From positions 128,710-192,709 of the forward strand of contig JBGVKY010000014.1 in assembly GCA_045123995.1 (NCBI GenBank): a stretch of 64,000 bases of DNA, written 5' to 3'. The position numbers and the translations under genes were made by a program. The notes below the pieces were generated by a model, which was given only the letters and a program-made list of their open reading frames with translations, did not search any database and was not told the DNA's origin. This document shows positions 9,516 to 18,354 of the stretch, in pieces. Within the stretch, counting starts at the first letter, position 1, and each line of letters starts with the position of its first letter. This stretch comes from Clostridia bacterium. GTDB lineage: Bacteria > Bacillota > Clostridia > CAKSNL01 > HGM11501.

Positions 9516-10841
9516 ATGGTAAAATTAGACTATTCCAAGACAGGTATAAGCGCGGAACAGTTATCCTCTGTAATGGAGCAGGTGAAAAGATCCCGAGACC
9601 TTGTTGTGAACAAAGGGGGGCAGGGAGATGACTTTTTAGGCTGGGTATCTCTTCCCGAAGACTACGATAAGGAAGAATTTGCAAGAATAAAAGAAGCGGC
9701 AGAAAAAATCAAATCCGATTCCGATGTTTTGGTGGTAATCGGTATCGGCGGGTCATATTTAGGAGCAAGAGCTGCCATTGAAATGCTTTCATCTTCTTTT
9801 TCAAACCTTCTTCCTAAAGAGAAGAGAAATGCACCTATGATTGTTTATGCCGGAAATAACATAAGCGGCAACTATATGCATGAACTTATGGAATTTTTGG
9901 AGGACAAGGATTTTTCCATCAATATAATTTCGAAATCCGGAACTACAACCGAACCTGCGATAGCTTCAAGGCTTTTAACCGATGCGCTGGTTAAAAAGTA
10001 TGGCACAGCAGAAGGAAGAGTTTACGTAACAACAGACAAAGCAAAGGGAGCTCTTAAAAATCTTGCTGATGAAATGGGTTATCCCACGTTCTGCGTTCCT
10101 GATGATGTTGGCGGAAGATTTTCTGTTTTAACAGCTGTTGGACTTTTGCCTATTGCAGCTGCAGGGATTGACATTGATGCAATGATGAAGGGCGCTAAAG
10201 ATGCTATGGCAGATTGCAGAAAAGATGATTCAGCTGCCCTCACCTATGCGGCAATAAGAAATATTTTATACAGAAAAGGTAAAACCCTTGAAATACTGGC
10301 GAACTATGAACCCAGACTGCATTTTATAGGTGAATGGTGGAAGCAGCTTTTCGGCGAGTCCGAAGGTAAGGATAACTCAGGTATTTTCCCTGCAGCAGTT
10401 GACTTTTCAACAGACCTTCACTCCCTGGGGCAGTATATACAGGAGGGAAGAAGAAACCTTTTTGAAACTGTTCTCACAGTAAAAGAACCCGAAAATGATG
10501 TGACCATTATAAACGACGAAAAGAACACAGATGGTCTCAATTTCCTTACAGGAAAGACCATGGATTTCGTGAATAACAAGGCATTCTTAGGAACTCTCCT
10601 TGCTCATACAGACGGACTTGTTCCCAACATTGTGCTGGAAATTGAAAAGATGGATGCATATAATTTCGGATCACTTGTGTACTTCTTTGAGTTTGCCTGC
10701 GGAGTAAGCGGATATACACTTGGAGTTAATCCTTTTAATCAGCCCGGCGTTGAAGCGTATAAGAAAAATATGTTCGCTCTTTTGGGAAAACCCGGTTATG
10801 AAGAAGCTGCAAAAGAACTTTCTGAAAAATTAAAAAAATAA
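9516..10841 (+). CDS. pgi: glucose-6-phosphate isomerase
   Basis: Firmicute-type ~440-aa PGI (MVKLDYSKT..., [17 protein letters not shown]). An upstream ATG at 9492 is possible but the AAGGA ribosome-binding site favours 9516. Confidence 0.9.
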   Translation: MVKLDYSKTGISAEQLSSVMEQVKRSRDLVVNKGGQGDDFLGWVSLPEDYDKEEFARIKEAAEKIKSDSDVLVVIGIGGSYLGARAAIEMLSSSFSNLLPKEKRNAPMIVYAGNNISGNYMHELMEFLEDKDFSINIISKSGTTTEPAIASRLLTDALVKKYGTAEGRVYVTTDKAKGALKNLADEMGYPTFCVPDDVGGRFSVLTAVGLLPIAAAGIDIDAMMKGAKDAMADCRKDDSAALTYAAIRNILYRKGKTLEILANYEPRLHFIGEWWKQLFGESEGKDNSGIFPAAVDFSTDLHSLGQYIQEGRRNLFETVLTVKEPENDVTIINDEKNTDGLNFLTGKTMDFVNNKAFLGTLLAHTDGLVPNIVLEIEKMDAYNFGSLVYFFEFACGVSGYTLGVNPFNQPGVEAYKKNMFALLGKPGYEEAAKELSEKLKK

Positions 10842-10842
10842 C

Positions 10843-10871
10843 TTGAAAAATTCATAAAAGTATAGTACAAT
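10843..10871 (+). promoter_or_regulatory. sigma-A type promoter
   Basis: TTGAAA, 17 nt, then TACAAT. Confidence 0.4.
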
Positions 10872-10917
10872 ATAGTTAAGGAAATTATTTTCCATTAAAT
10901 AACAGGAGGTATTGACT

Positions 10918-11328
10918 ATGTTAAAAATTATTGTAGGTGAAAAAGGAACCGGAAAAACAAAAACTTTGATTGATGCGGTTCATGCAGCATTGGATTCCAA
11001 TAAAGGAAGTCTGGTATTTATCAATAAGGGAACAAGACACACCTATGACCTTAATTCTCAGATTCGTTTAATCAATACTGAAGACTATGCTATTGATAAT
11101 TATGACATGTTCTATGGTGTCATCTGCGGAGTTCTTTCACAGAATTTCGATATAAGTGATATGTTTGTTGACAGCATCACAAAGATTGTGGGAGTTAACG
11201 ATGTTCCTAAGCTTACTGCTATGCTTGAAAAGGCTGATGAAGTTTGCAAGAAAGCAAATGCAAATCTTACAATTACAATCAGCATTAAGCCTGAAGATAT
11301 AAGCGAGGAAATGAAAAAGTATCTTTAA
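10918..11328 (+). CDS. hypothetical small P-loop (Walker A) protein
   Basis: A 137-aa ORF with GEKGTGKT near the N-terminus, its own AGGAGG ribosome-binding site, promoter and terminator. I recognised no family. Confidence 0.5.
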   Translation: MLKIIVGEKGTGKTKTLIDAVHAALDSNKGSLVFINKGTRHTYDLNSQIRLINTEDYAIDNYDMFYGVICGVLSQNFDISDMFVDSITKIVGVNDVPKLTAMLEKADEVCKKANANLTITISIKPEDISEEMKKYL

Positions 11329-11349
11329 TCTTAGCTTAATTTTATAAGA

Positions 11350-11374
11350 AAAAAAGCGGCTTTGCCGCTTTTTG
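11350..11374 (+). terminator. rho-independent terminator
   Basis: AGCGGC TTT GCCGCT stem followed by TTTTT. Confidence 0.7.
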
Positions 11375-11398
11375 CATTACTACCCGGAGGTTTTTTGT

Positions 11399-12898
11399 AT
11401 GTTATATAGAAGTACGAGAGATGTGACAGTTGAGAAAACATCTGCAGAGGCTATTGTAAAAGGTCTGTGCTCTGACGGAGGGCTTTTTGTCCCTGAAGAA
11501 ATTCCTCATCTATCATTAGATGAAATTGTGGCACTTGGTGATATGTCCTATTCCGAAAGGGCAACTGAAATATTTGGTTTATTCTTAACTGATTTCAGAC
11601 GTAATGAAATAAAGGATTGCACACAGAAAGCATATACAAGAGAAAAGTTTGAAACTGAAAGCATTGCTCCTATATATAAGCTTAATGACACTACTTATAT
11701 TTTAGAGCTATGGCACGGACCTACTTGTGCATTCAAGGATATGGCTCTTCAGATTTTGCCTTATTTACTTACCACTTCAATGGAAAAGACAGGCACGGAT
11801 AAAAAGGTTGCGATTTTAGTTGCTACCAGCGGAGATACCGGTAAGGCGGCTTTAGAGGGCTTCCGTGATGTTCCGAAAACCAAGATTTTTGTATTCTATC
11901 CCACAGGTGGTGTATCTGAAATTCAGAAACTTCAGATGCAGACCCAGGAAGGTGAAAATGTAGGAGTTTGTGCAATTGAAGGTAATTTTGACGATGCCCA
12001 GAGCGGTGTTAAGAGAATATTCTCTGACAATGAATTCAAAGAAGAATTGAGAGCCAGAGGGATTGAATTATCCAGTGCAAACTCCATCAACTGGGGAAGA
12101 TTGCTCCCGCAGATTGTGTATTACATTTCTTCCTATGCTGAGCTTGTTAAAAACAAGGAAATTTCCTGCGGTGAGGAAGTAAATATCTGTGTGCCTACAG
12201 GTAACTTCGGTAACATTCTTGCGGCATATTATGCTAAGGAGATGGGAGTTCCCATTAAAACCCTTATCTGTGCATCCAACAGCAACAATGTACTTACAGA
12301 ATTTATAAGAACAGGTATATACAATAAGAACCGTGCTTTTGTAACAACAATCTCTCCCTCTATGGACATACTTATATCAAGTAACTTAGAAAGACTTTTA
12401 TATCACATGTCCGGGGAGGATTCGGAGCTTATCAAGGAGCTTATGACAAGTCTTAATGAAAAGGGTGTCTACGAGGTTCCTGAAAAAATAAAAGGAAAGC
12501 TTTCTGAAACTTTCTATGCAGCTTATTGTGACGATAAGTTCACCATGAGAACAATAAGCGAAATTGAAAGAAACTATTCTTATGTAATGGATACTCATAC
12601 TGCAGTCGCCGAAAATGTGTACGAACAGTATGTATCGCAGACTCATGATAATACAAAGACAATAATCGCATCTACTGCAAGTCCCTTTAAATTCAGCGGA
12701 AGCGTTGTATCTTCAATTTTAGGCGAAGAAGATATTCCTGAGACTGATGACGAGTTTGTACTTATAGAGAAACTTTCTGAAATATCCAAAATGAGCCCTC
12801 CTGAATCCTTGGCAAAGCTTTCTTCAAAAGAAGTGAGATTTGATAACGTTATTCCCAAGGAAGACATGAAAACCTGCGTAAATGAATTTCTGAAATAA
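11399..12898 (+). CDS. thrC: threonine synthase
   Basis: Long-form ThrC (MLYRSTRD..., PLP-lysine region FKDMALQ). GGAGG ribosome-binding site 8 nt upstream. Confidence 0.9.
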   Translation: MLYRSTRDVTVEKTSAEAIVKGLCSDGGLFVPEEIPHLSLDEIVALGDMSYSERATEIFGLFLTDFRRNEIKDCTQKAYTREKFETESIAPIYKLNDTTYILELWHGPTCAFKDMALQILPYLLTTSMEKTGTDKKVAILVATSGDTGKAALEGFRDVPKTKIFVFYPTGGVSEIQKLQMQTQEGENVGVCAIEGNFDDAQSGVKRIFSDNEFKEELRARGIELSSANSINWGRLLPQIVYYISSYAELVKNKEISCGEEVNICVPTGNFGNILAAYYAKEMGVPIKTLICASNSNNVLTEFIRTGIYNKNRAFVTTISPSMDILISSNLERLLYHMSGEDSELIKELMTSLNEKGVYEVPEKIKGKLSETFYAAYCDDKFTMRTISEIERNYSYVMDTHTAVAENVYEQYVSQTHDNTKTIIASTASPFKFSGSVVSSILGEEDIPETDDEFVLIEKLSEISKMSPPESLAKLSSKEVRFDNVIPKEDMKTCVNEFLK

Positions 12899-12899
12899 T

Positions 12900-12936
12900 T
12901 AAAAAGGGCTGTAAATAATTACAGCCCTTTTTTTGA
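12900..12936. terminator. bidirectional rho-independent terminator (thrC on +, DUF1540 gene on -)
   Basis: AGGGCTGTAA / TTACAGCCCT stem flanked by an A-run and a T-run. Confidence 0.7.
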
Positions 12937-12948
12937 GGAGAGGATTTT

Positions 12949-13116
12949 TTAGCACTCACACTTATTCTTGAAAGTGCTGCATTCTGTCTGGCTTGCCTTG
13001 GAAGCGTTGCCTGATTCTACCTTGATGGCAGTGGCATGACATTCATGGTTTTCATTGTAAGCACATTTCTCGGCATCACAAACGATGCCGTCAAGACGAT
13101 GGGTATTCTTGTTCAT
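12949..13116 (-). CDS. DUF1540-family small cysteine-rich protein
   Basis: 55 aa with a C..C.YN....C.A..I.V......C.TF pattern; AAAGGA ribosome-binding site before the ATG at 13116 (the track's 13134 is a TTG). Confidence 0.55.
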   Translation of the reverse strand: MNKNTHRLDGIVCDAEKCAYNENHECHATAIKVESGNASKASQTECSTFKNKCEC

Positions 13117-13187
13117 TTCAACAAATCCTTTCAAATTGACATATACATATTTTTAATGAAAAATTAAAAACATATATAAGTCTTTTA

Positions 13188-13205
13188 TTGTACCGCAGGG
13201 TACAA
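13188..13205. promoter_or_regulatory. perfect inverted repeat TTGTACC-N4-GGTACAA in a divergent promoter region
   Basis: A 7-bp perfect palindrome arms an operator-like site between the DUF1540 gene and the metallophosphoesterase gene. Confidence 0.3.
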
Positions 13206-13257
13206 AAATAGTTTTAGCCTTAAATGATTTTTTATGCACAGAGAAAGGAGGTATCTT

Positions 13258-13935
13258 ATGGAAATTTTTGCAATTTCTGACCTGCATCTGCCGATTGGCG
13301 TCAAAAAGCCCATGGATATATTCGGTAAAAAATGGGATAATTATGTGGAAAGAATAAAAGTAAACTGGGAAGAAAATATAAAGGATGATGATTTTGTGAT
13401 TATTCCCGGTGATATCTCCTGGGCTACTTATCTTGAAGAGGCAAAAGAGGATTTTAAGTTTATAAATTCTCTGCCAGGAACAAAGATAATTTCCAAAGGA
13501 AATCACGATTACTGGTGGGAAACCTTGTCGAAACTTGAAAGATACAAGGCGGAAAACGGATTTGACACCATAAATTTTTTGCACAATACATCTTTTATGA
13601 TAGGAAGTACTGCGATTTGTGCTTCAAGGGGCTGGATAACTCCCGAGGATAAGGATTTTAAGGCAGAGGATGAAAAAATATACAGGCGAGAGCTTGGGAG
13701 GATGGAACTGTCCATAAAAGATGCTCTTAAAAAGGGAGCAGATAAGATTATAGTTGCCATGCATTATCCGCCATTGGGAGAGTTTTTGAAACTATCGGAA
13801 AAATATAATGTAAAAAAAGTGCTTTATGGCCATTTACACAGTGAAAAAATGGGTGAATATAATGAAATTTCACCTATTACAAAGCTGGTTTCGTGTGATT
13901 ATTTATCGTTTTTTCCTGAAAAAATATTTTTGTGA
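13258..13935 (+). CDS. metallophosphoesterase (calcineurin-like phosphoesterase)
   Basis: Motifs DLHL, GD, GNHD and GHLH in order; AAAGGAGG ribosome-binding site. Confidence 0.75.
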   Translation: MEIFAISDLHLPIGVKKPMDIFGKKWDNYVERIKVNWEENIKDDDFVIIPGDISWATYLEEAKEDFKFINSLPGTKIISKGNHDYWWETLSKLERYKAENGFDTINFLHNTSFMIGSTAICASRGWITPEDKDFKAEDEKIYRRELGRMELSIKDALKKGADKIIVAMHYPPLGEFLKLSEKYNVKKVLYGHLHSEKMGEYNEISPITKLVSCDYLSFFPEKIFL

Positions 13936-13943
13936 AAAAATAC

Positions 13944-13971
13944 TTGAAAAATTTAATATATATGGTATAAT
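13944..13971 (+). promoter_or_regulatory. sigma-A type promoter for tig
   Basis: TTGAAA, 17 nt, then a TG-extended TATAAT. Confidence 0.45.
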
Positions 13972-14031
13972 ATTACTTTAGATAGGCTAAACTCGAAATG
14001 GTGTGGTTTAGCGGTAGAAAGGATGAATATA

Positions 14032-15567
14032 ATGAGTTACACACTTGAAAATGTGGAAAAGAACAAGGTAAAGCTTACTATTGAAGTGGCTGCCGACGTG
14101 TTTGAGGAAGGTATGAAAAAGTCATATCAGAAAAACGTTAAGTACATTAACGTTCCCGGTTTCCGCAAGGGTAAAGCACCCAGAAAGATGATTGAAAAAA
14201 TGTACGGCCCCGCTGTTTTTTATGAGGATGCTGTAAATTTTGTTATTCCTGATGCATATGATAAGGCTATAGAAGAAGCAAAGCTTTCTCCTGTATCTCA
14301 GCCTGAAATTGATATAGTTACAATCGGTGAAGAAGGAAAGCCCTTCACATTCTCCGCAGAAGTATATACTAAGCCTGAAGTTAAACTTGGTACATATAAG
14401 GGCGTTGAAATCCAGAAGGTTGAATTCAAGATTACCGATGAAGACATTGATGCTGATCTTGCATCCATGCGTGAAAAGAATTCCAGAATGGTAAATGTTG
14501 AAGACAGAGCTGCAAAAGACGGAGATATTACAACTATTGACTTTGAAGGCTTTGTTGACGATGTTGCTTTCGAGGGTGGCAAGGGTGAAAATCATGAGCT
14601 TACATTAGGAAGCGGTCAGTTCATCCCCGGCTTTGAAGAGCAGATAGTTGGAAAGAACATCGGCGATAAGTTTGATGTAGAAGTTACTTTCCCCGAAGAA
14701 TATCATGCAGAAGACCTTAAGGGTAAGGCTGCAGTATTCAAGGTAGAGCTTAAGGCTATAAAGGTTAAGGAGCTTCCTGAGCTTGATGATGAATTTGCCA
14801 AAGATGTAAGCGAATTTGATACATTGGCTGAATTAAAGGCTGATATTCGTGCTAAGCTTGAAAAGAACGCCGCTGACCACGAAAAGCAGGAAATCGAAAA
14901 TGCAGCTTTGGAAGAGGCTGTTAAGGGAGCGGAGATTGACCTTCCCGAATGTATGATTGATAACCAGGTTCAGAGAATGTATGATGACTATGCATATAGA
15001 TTACAGAGCCAGGGAATAGATATGAAGCTTTATCTTCAGTATACCCAGATGACTGAAGAAGCCCTTAAAGAACAGATGAAGCCTTCCGCCAAGGCTCAGG
15101 TTCTCGGAAACCTTGTTCTTGAAAAAATTGCTGAAGTTGAAAAACTCGAAGCAACTGATGAAGATATTGAAAACGAATTCAATAAGATTGCAGAAGCTTA
15201 CAAGATGGAAAAGGATAAGATTCGCGAGCTTATGAATGCGAATATTGATGCTATGAAAGCTGATATCGTAAATAACAAAGCTCTTGACTTGCTTGCTGCT
15301 AATGCAAAGCAGGTAGCTAAGAAAGCAGCTGAAGGGGAAGCTAAGCCCGCTGCAAAGAAAACTACCACCAAGAAAGCAGCTGAAGGGGAAACTAAGTCCG
15401 CTGCAAAGAAAACTACCACCAAGAAGGCAGCTGAAGGGGAAGCTAAGCCTGCTGCAAAGAAGACTACTACCAAGAAGGCAGCTGAAGGGGAAGCTAAACC
15501 TGCTGCAAAGAAGACTACTACAGCGAAAAAAACAACCACAAAGAAAGCAGATAAAACTGCTGAATAA
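14032..15567 (+). CDS. tig: trigger factor with an atypical ~85-aa C-terminal Lys/Ala/Thr-rich tandem-repeat tail
   Basis: MSYTLENVEKNKVKLTIEV, the GFRKGKAP ribosome-binding motif, and the PPIase and C-terminal domains. The ORF continues into four copies of KKAAEGEAKPAAKKTTT. Confidence 0.9.
   Translation: MSYTLENVEKNKVKLTIEVAADVFEEGMKKSYQKNVKYINVPGFRKGKAPRKMIEKMYGPAVFYEDAVNFVIPDAYDKAIEEAKLSPVSQPEIDIVTIGEEGKPFTFSAEVYTKPEVKLGTYKGVEIQKVEFKITDEDIDADLASMREKNSRMVNVEDRAAKDGDITTIDFEGFVDDVAFEGGKGENHELTLGSGQFIPGFEEQIVGKNIGDKFDVEVTFPEEYHAEDLKGKAAVFKVELKAIKVKELPELDDEFAKDVSEFDTLAELKADIRAKLEKNAADHEKQEIENAALEEAVKGAEIDLPECMIDNQVQRMYDDYAYRLQSQGIDMKLYLQYTQMTEEALKEQMKPSAKAQVLGNLVLEKIAEVEKLEATDEDIENEFNKIAEAYKMEKDKIRELMNANIDAMKADIVNNKALDLLAANAKQVAKKAAEGEAKPAAKKTTTKKAAEGETKSAAKKTTTKKAAEGEAKPAAKKTTTKKAAEGEAKPAAKKTTTAKKTTTKKADKTAE
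15319..15522 (+). repeat. in-frame 51-nt tandem repeat, 4 copies, within the tig 3' end
   Basis: Direct near-identical 51-mers differing mostly at synonymous positions. Confidence 0.9.
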
Positions 15568-15572
15568 TAATA

Positions 15573-15596
15573 TAAGGCGGTCATATGACCGCCTTA
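15573..15596. promoter_or_regulatory. perfect palindromic hairpin TAAGGCGGTCATATGACCGCCTTA between tig and clpP, with no U-tract
   Basis: 10-bp GC-rich stem. It could be a weak terminator or attenuator, a processing site or an operator, and it contains GGTCA half-sites. Confidence 0.4.
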
Positions 15597-15627
15597 TGTC
15601 AAATATATGAAAACAGGAGGGATTTTC

Positions 15628-16206
15628 ATGGTTACAAACATGAGTGCGAGAGAGGAATATCAGGGTGGCGAGAGTATATACTCAAGACTTTTGAAAGACA
15701 GAATTATATTCTTAAACGGTGTTTTAGATAATGCGGCAGCCTGCAGTATTATCGCCCAGCTTCTCTATCTTGAAAGTGAAGACCCGGATAAGGATATTTG
15801 CCTTTATATAAATTGTCCCGGCGGTTCAGTAAGTGATGGGCTTGCAATTTATGATACCATGAAATATATAAAGTGCGACGTTTCCACTATATGTATAGGT
15901 ATGGCGGCATCCATGGGTGCTTTCCTTTTATCCAGCGGAACAAAAGGAAAGAGAATTGCACTTCCTAACAGCGAAATTATGATACATCAGCCTTCCTTAA
16001 GCAGTGTATACCAGGGTCAGGCAACGGATGTTGAGATAATGACAAACCAGATGATGAGGATAAAAGATAAGCTCAACGGTATCCTTTCGGAAAATACCGG
16101 CCGTGAACTTTCCAAGGTTGTGGAAGATACCGAGAGAGACTATTATATGACGGCAGAAGAAGCGGTAGATTACGGAATTATAGATAAGATAATCAGAGAA
16201 AGATAG
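15628..16206 (+). CDS. clpP: ATP-dependent Clp protease proteolytic subunit
   Basis: ClpP catalytic region ([14 protein letters not shown]). AGGAGG ribosome-binding site 7 nt before the ATG at 15628. Confidence 0.95.
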   Translation: MVTNMSAREEYQGGESIYSRLLKDRIIFLNGVLDNAAACSIIAQLLYLESEDPDKDICLYINCPGGSVSDGLAIYDTMKYIKCDVSTICIGMAASMGAFLLSSGTKGKRIALPNSEIMIHQPSLSSVYQGQATDVEIMTNQMMRIKDKLNGILSENTGRELSKVVEDTERDYYMTAEEAVDYGIIDKIIRER

Positions 16207-16236
16207 TAATTTATTTTATCTTTTGGAGGTTTTATT

Positions 16237-17508
16237 GTGAAAGATTCTGAAAAAAACATGTGCTGCTCATTCTGTGGCAAAACTCAGGGACAGGTCAAAA
16301 GGCTTATTGCAGGCCCCGGAGTTTATATTTGTGACGAATGTATAGATTTGTGCTATGAACTTGTGACAGAAGATGATGTAGAGAATGTAGGCGTTAGAGC
16401 TGCCAAAGACGATTTGGGAGCTATCGAGCTTCTTACTCCTAAGGAGATAAAAGAGAGGCTTGATGAATATGTAATCGGTCAGGATGAGGCCAAAAAGAGC
16501 CTTTCCGTGGCAGTTTATAACCATTATAAAAGAGTAACTTCGGATTTTGATGAAAATGTTGAAATTCAAAAGAGCAACATTTTGTTTCTGGGGCCCACCG
16601 GTGTAGGTAAAACCTATATGGCACAGACCCTGGCGAAAATACTTGATGTTCCTTTTGCCATTGCAGATGCCACAAGCTTAACGGAAGCAGGCTATGTGGG
16701 CGAAGACGTTGAAAATATACTCTTAAAGCTTCTGCAGGCGGCAGATTATGATGTGGAGAAGGCTCAGAGAGGAATTATTTACGTTGATGAAATTGATAAA
16801 ATTTCACGCCGTTCTGAAAACCCCTCTATTACGAGGGACGTGAGTGGAGAAGGTGTTCAGCAGGCGCTTCTTAAAATTTTGGAGGGTACAGTTGCTAATG
16901 TTCCGCCTCAGGGAGGAAGAAAGCATCCCCATCAGGAATTTATTCCTTTTGATACTACCAATGTTTTATTTATCTGCTCAGGTGCATTTGACGGACTTGA
17001 AAAAATTGTAAAGAAAAGACTTGGAAGCAACGTTCTGGGCTTCGGAAGCAGTATAGAAAGCAAAAAGGACGAAGATACAGGGACACTCTTTTCCAAGGTT
17101 GAGCCTCAGGATTTGTTGAAATTCGGACTCATTCCTGAATTTATCGGCAGACTTCCCATTGTTGTGGCTCTTAACAATCTTGACAAGGATGCACTTGTAA
17201 ATATTCTTACGGTTCCTAAAAATGCCATAATTAAGCAGTATGCGGCACTTTGTGCCTATGATAATGTGGAGCTTGAATTTAAGGATGATGCTCTTTTGGC
17301 TATTGCTGAAAAAGCCATAAAGAGAGGAACTGGAGCAAGAGGACTTCGTGCTATTATCGAAGGCATTATGGGAAATATTATGTACGAAATCCCCTCTGAT
17401 AAGACCATAACAAAGGTTATAATAACAAAAGAAGCTGTAGATGGAAACGACGGAGTTTTAATTGAAAGATTAAATGAAGCTCCCTTAAAAACCGGAACAG
17501 AAAACTAA
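16237..17508 (+). CDS. clpX: ATP-dependent Clp protease ATP-binding subunit ClpX
   Basis: Zinc-finger CSFCGK...CDEC, Walker A GPTGVGKT, and the IGF-like loop. GTG start with a GGAGG ribosome-binding site. Confidence 0.95.
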   Translation: MKDSEKNMCCSFCGKTQGQVKRLIAGPGVYICDECIDLCYELVTEDDVENVGVRAAKDDLGAIELLTPKEIKERLDEYVIGQDEAKKSLSVAVYNHYKRVTSDFDENVEIQKSNILFLGPTGVGKTYMAQTLAKILDVPFAIADATSLTEAGYVGEDVENILLKLLQAADYDVEKAQRGIIYVDEIDKISRRSENPSITRDVSGEGVQQALLKILEGTVANVPPQGGRKHPHQEFIPFDTTNVLFICSGAFDGLEKIVKKRLGSNVLGFGSSIESKKDEDTGTLFSKVEPQDLLKFGLIPEFIGRLPIVVALNNLDKDALVNILTVPKNAIIKQYAALCAYDNVELEFKDDALLAIAEKAIKRGTGARGLRAIIEGIMGNIMYEIPSDKTITKVIITKEAVDGNDGVLIERLNEAPLKTGTEN

Positions 17509-17538
17509 AAAAAGATGGCGCAAGCGCCATCTTTTTTA
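17509..17538 (+). terminator. rho-independent terminator after clpX
   Basis: GATGGCGC / GCGCCATC stem followed by TTTTTT. Confidence 0.75.
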
Positions 17539-17549
17539 TGTCAATCTAT

Positions 17550-17578
17550 TTACTTTAACTGCGTTTTATGCTATAATA
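17550..17578 (+). promoter_or_regulatory. sigma-A type promoter
   Basis: TTTACT, 17 nt, then TATAAT. Confidence 0.4.
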
Positions 17579-17601
17579 TGCCATTGGAAAGAAGGGATTT
17601 T

Positions 17602-18354
17602 ATGAAAGACAGATTTGCGATTTTTTTAGATATAGACGGTACAATATTTGAAGATAACGAAGTGAGTGAAAAAGACATTGAAACAATAAAAGAGGTAAGA
17701 AGCAAAGGTCATCTGGTTTTTATAAATTCAGGAAGAACTCTTTCCATAATCCCCGAGCCTGTTAAGAAGCTGGAAGTAGACGGATGGGTGCTTGGCATGG
17801 GAACTCATATTATAACAGGAGATAAGGAAATAAAAAAGGAAGCACTTTCAAAGGATCTGGTACAGAAAATAGCAGATTACGCCATTGATAATAACATAAG
17901 GATAGAGTTTCAGACAGATACGGAAAATATTTCTGTGAATTCAAGAAAAATCACGGAAAGAAGCTTTTTGAAAGGCGACAGAATAATAGAAAAATTCCCG
18001 CGGGATAACATATATAAATTTGTTATAATAGGGACATTCAGCCCTGAGGATGTGGAGTTTTTATCACCGTATTTTGATATTTTTCAATATGAAACCTATG
18101 GTGAGGTTGCACCTAAAGGCTACGATAAAGCCAGAGGAATTGCTGAAACAGAGAAAATTTTTAACATATCTCATGAGAACACCATGGCGATAGGTGACAG
18201 TATAAACGATACAGATATGATAGAATATGCAAAAATTGGTGTAGTTATGGGAAATGGTGATGAAAGACTTAAAAAGATTGCAGATTTCGTAACTGACTCT
18301 GTTAAAAATTCAGGGGTTTCCATGGCAATAGAGAAATTTATATTAAAGAGATGA
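17602..18354 (+). CDS. HAD-superfamily hydrolase, Cof-like (subfamily IIB)
   Basis: DIDGT motif I, GR(T) motif II and GDSINDTDM motif IV. The track ORF starts inside the clpX terminator; the real start is MKDRFAIFLDIDGT. Confidence 0.75.
   Translation: MKDRFAIFLDIDGTIFEDNEVSEKDIETIKEVRSKGHLVFINSGRTLSIIPEPVKKLEVDGWVLGMGTHIITGDKEIKKEALSKDLVQKIADYAIDNNIRIEFQTDTENISVNSRKITERSFLKGDRIIEKFPRDNIYKFVIIGTFSPEDVEFLSPYFDIFQYETYGEVAPKGYDKARGIAETEKIFNISHENTMAIGDSINDTDMIEYAKIGVVMGNGDERLKKIADFVTDSVKNSGVSMAIEKFILKR

Noticed and set aside
13976-14022. GGTTTAGCGGTAG-containing segment upstream of tig, briefly considered as a tRNA fragment
   Set aside because: It is too short, has no acceptor or T-arm complementarity, and is part of the tig 5' UTR.
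14122-14595. Minus-strand ORFs inside tig
   Set aside because: Antisense to conserved trigger-factor domains, with no start signals.
15319-15522. Possible CRISPR-like repeat array
   Set aside because: The repeats are directly adjacent with no spacers, are 51 nt long, and are in frame within tig with synonymous-site variation. This is a coding tandem repeat, not a CRISPR array.
15198-15584. Minus-strand 128-aa ORF (FFAAGLASPSAAFLVVV repeats)
   Set aside because: It is the reverse-complement reading of the trigger-factor tandem-repeat tail. Its repetitiveness mirrors the plus-strand repeat, and it has no ribosome-binding site.
16237-16260. Alternative ATG start for clpX at 16258 (MCCSFCGK)
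   Set aside because: The GTG at 16237 is 7 nt from a GGAGG ribosome-binding site and preserves the conserved zinc-finger spacing. This was kept as the called start, and the ATG noted as the alternative.
17515-17601. Track start of the HAD hydrolase ORF at 17515
   Set aside because: That start lies inside the clpX terminator hairpin and upstream of the -10 box. The conserved DIDGT motif and a ribosome-binding site place the real start at 17602.
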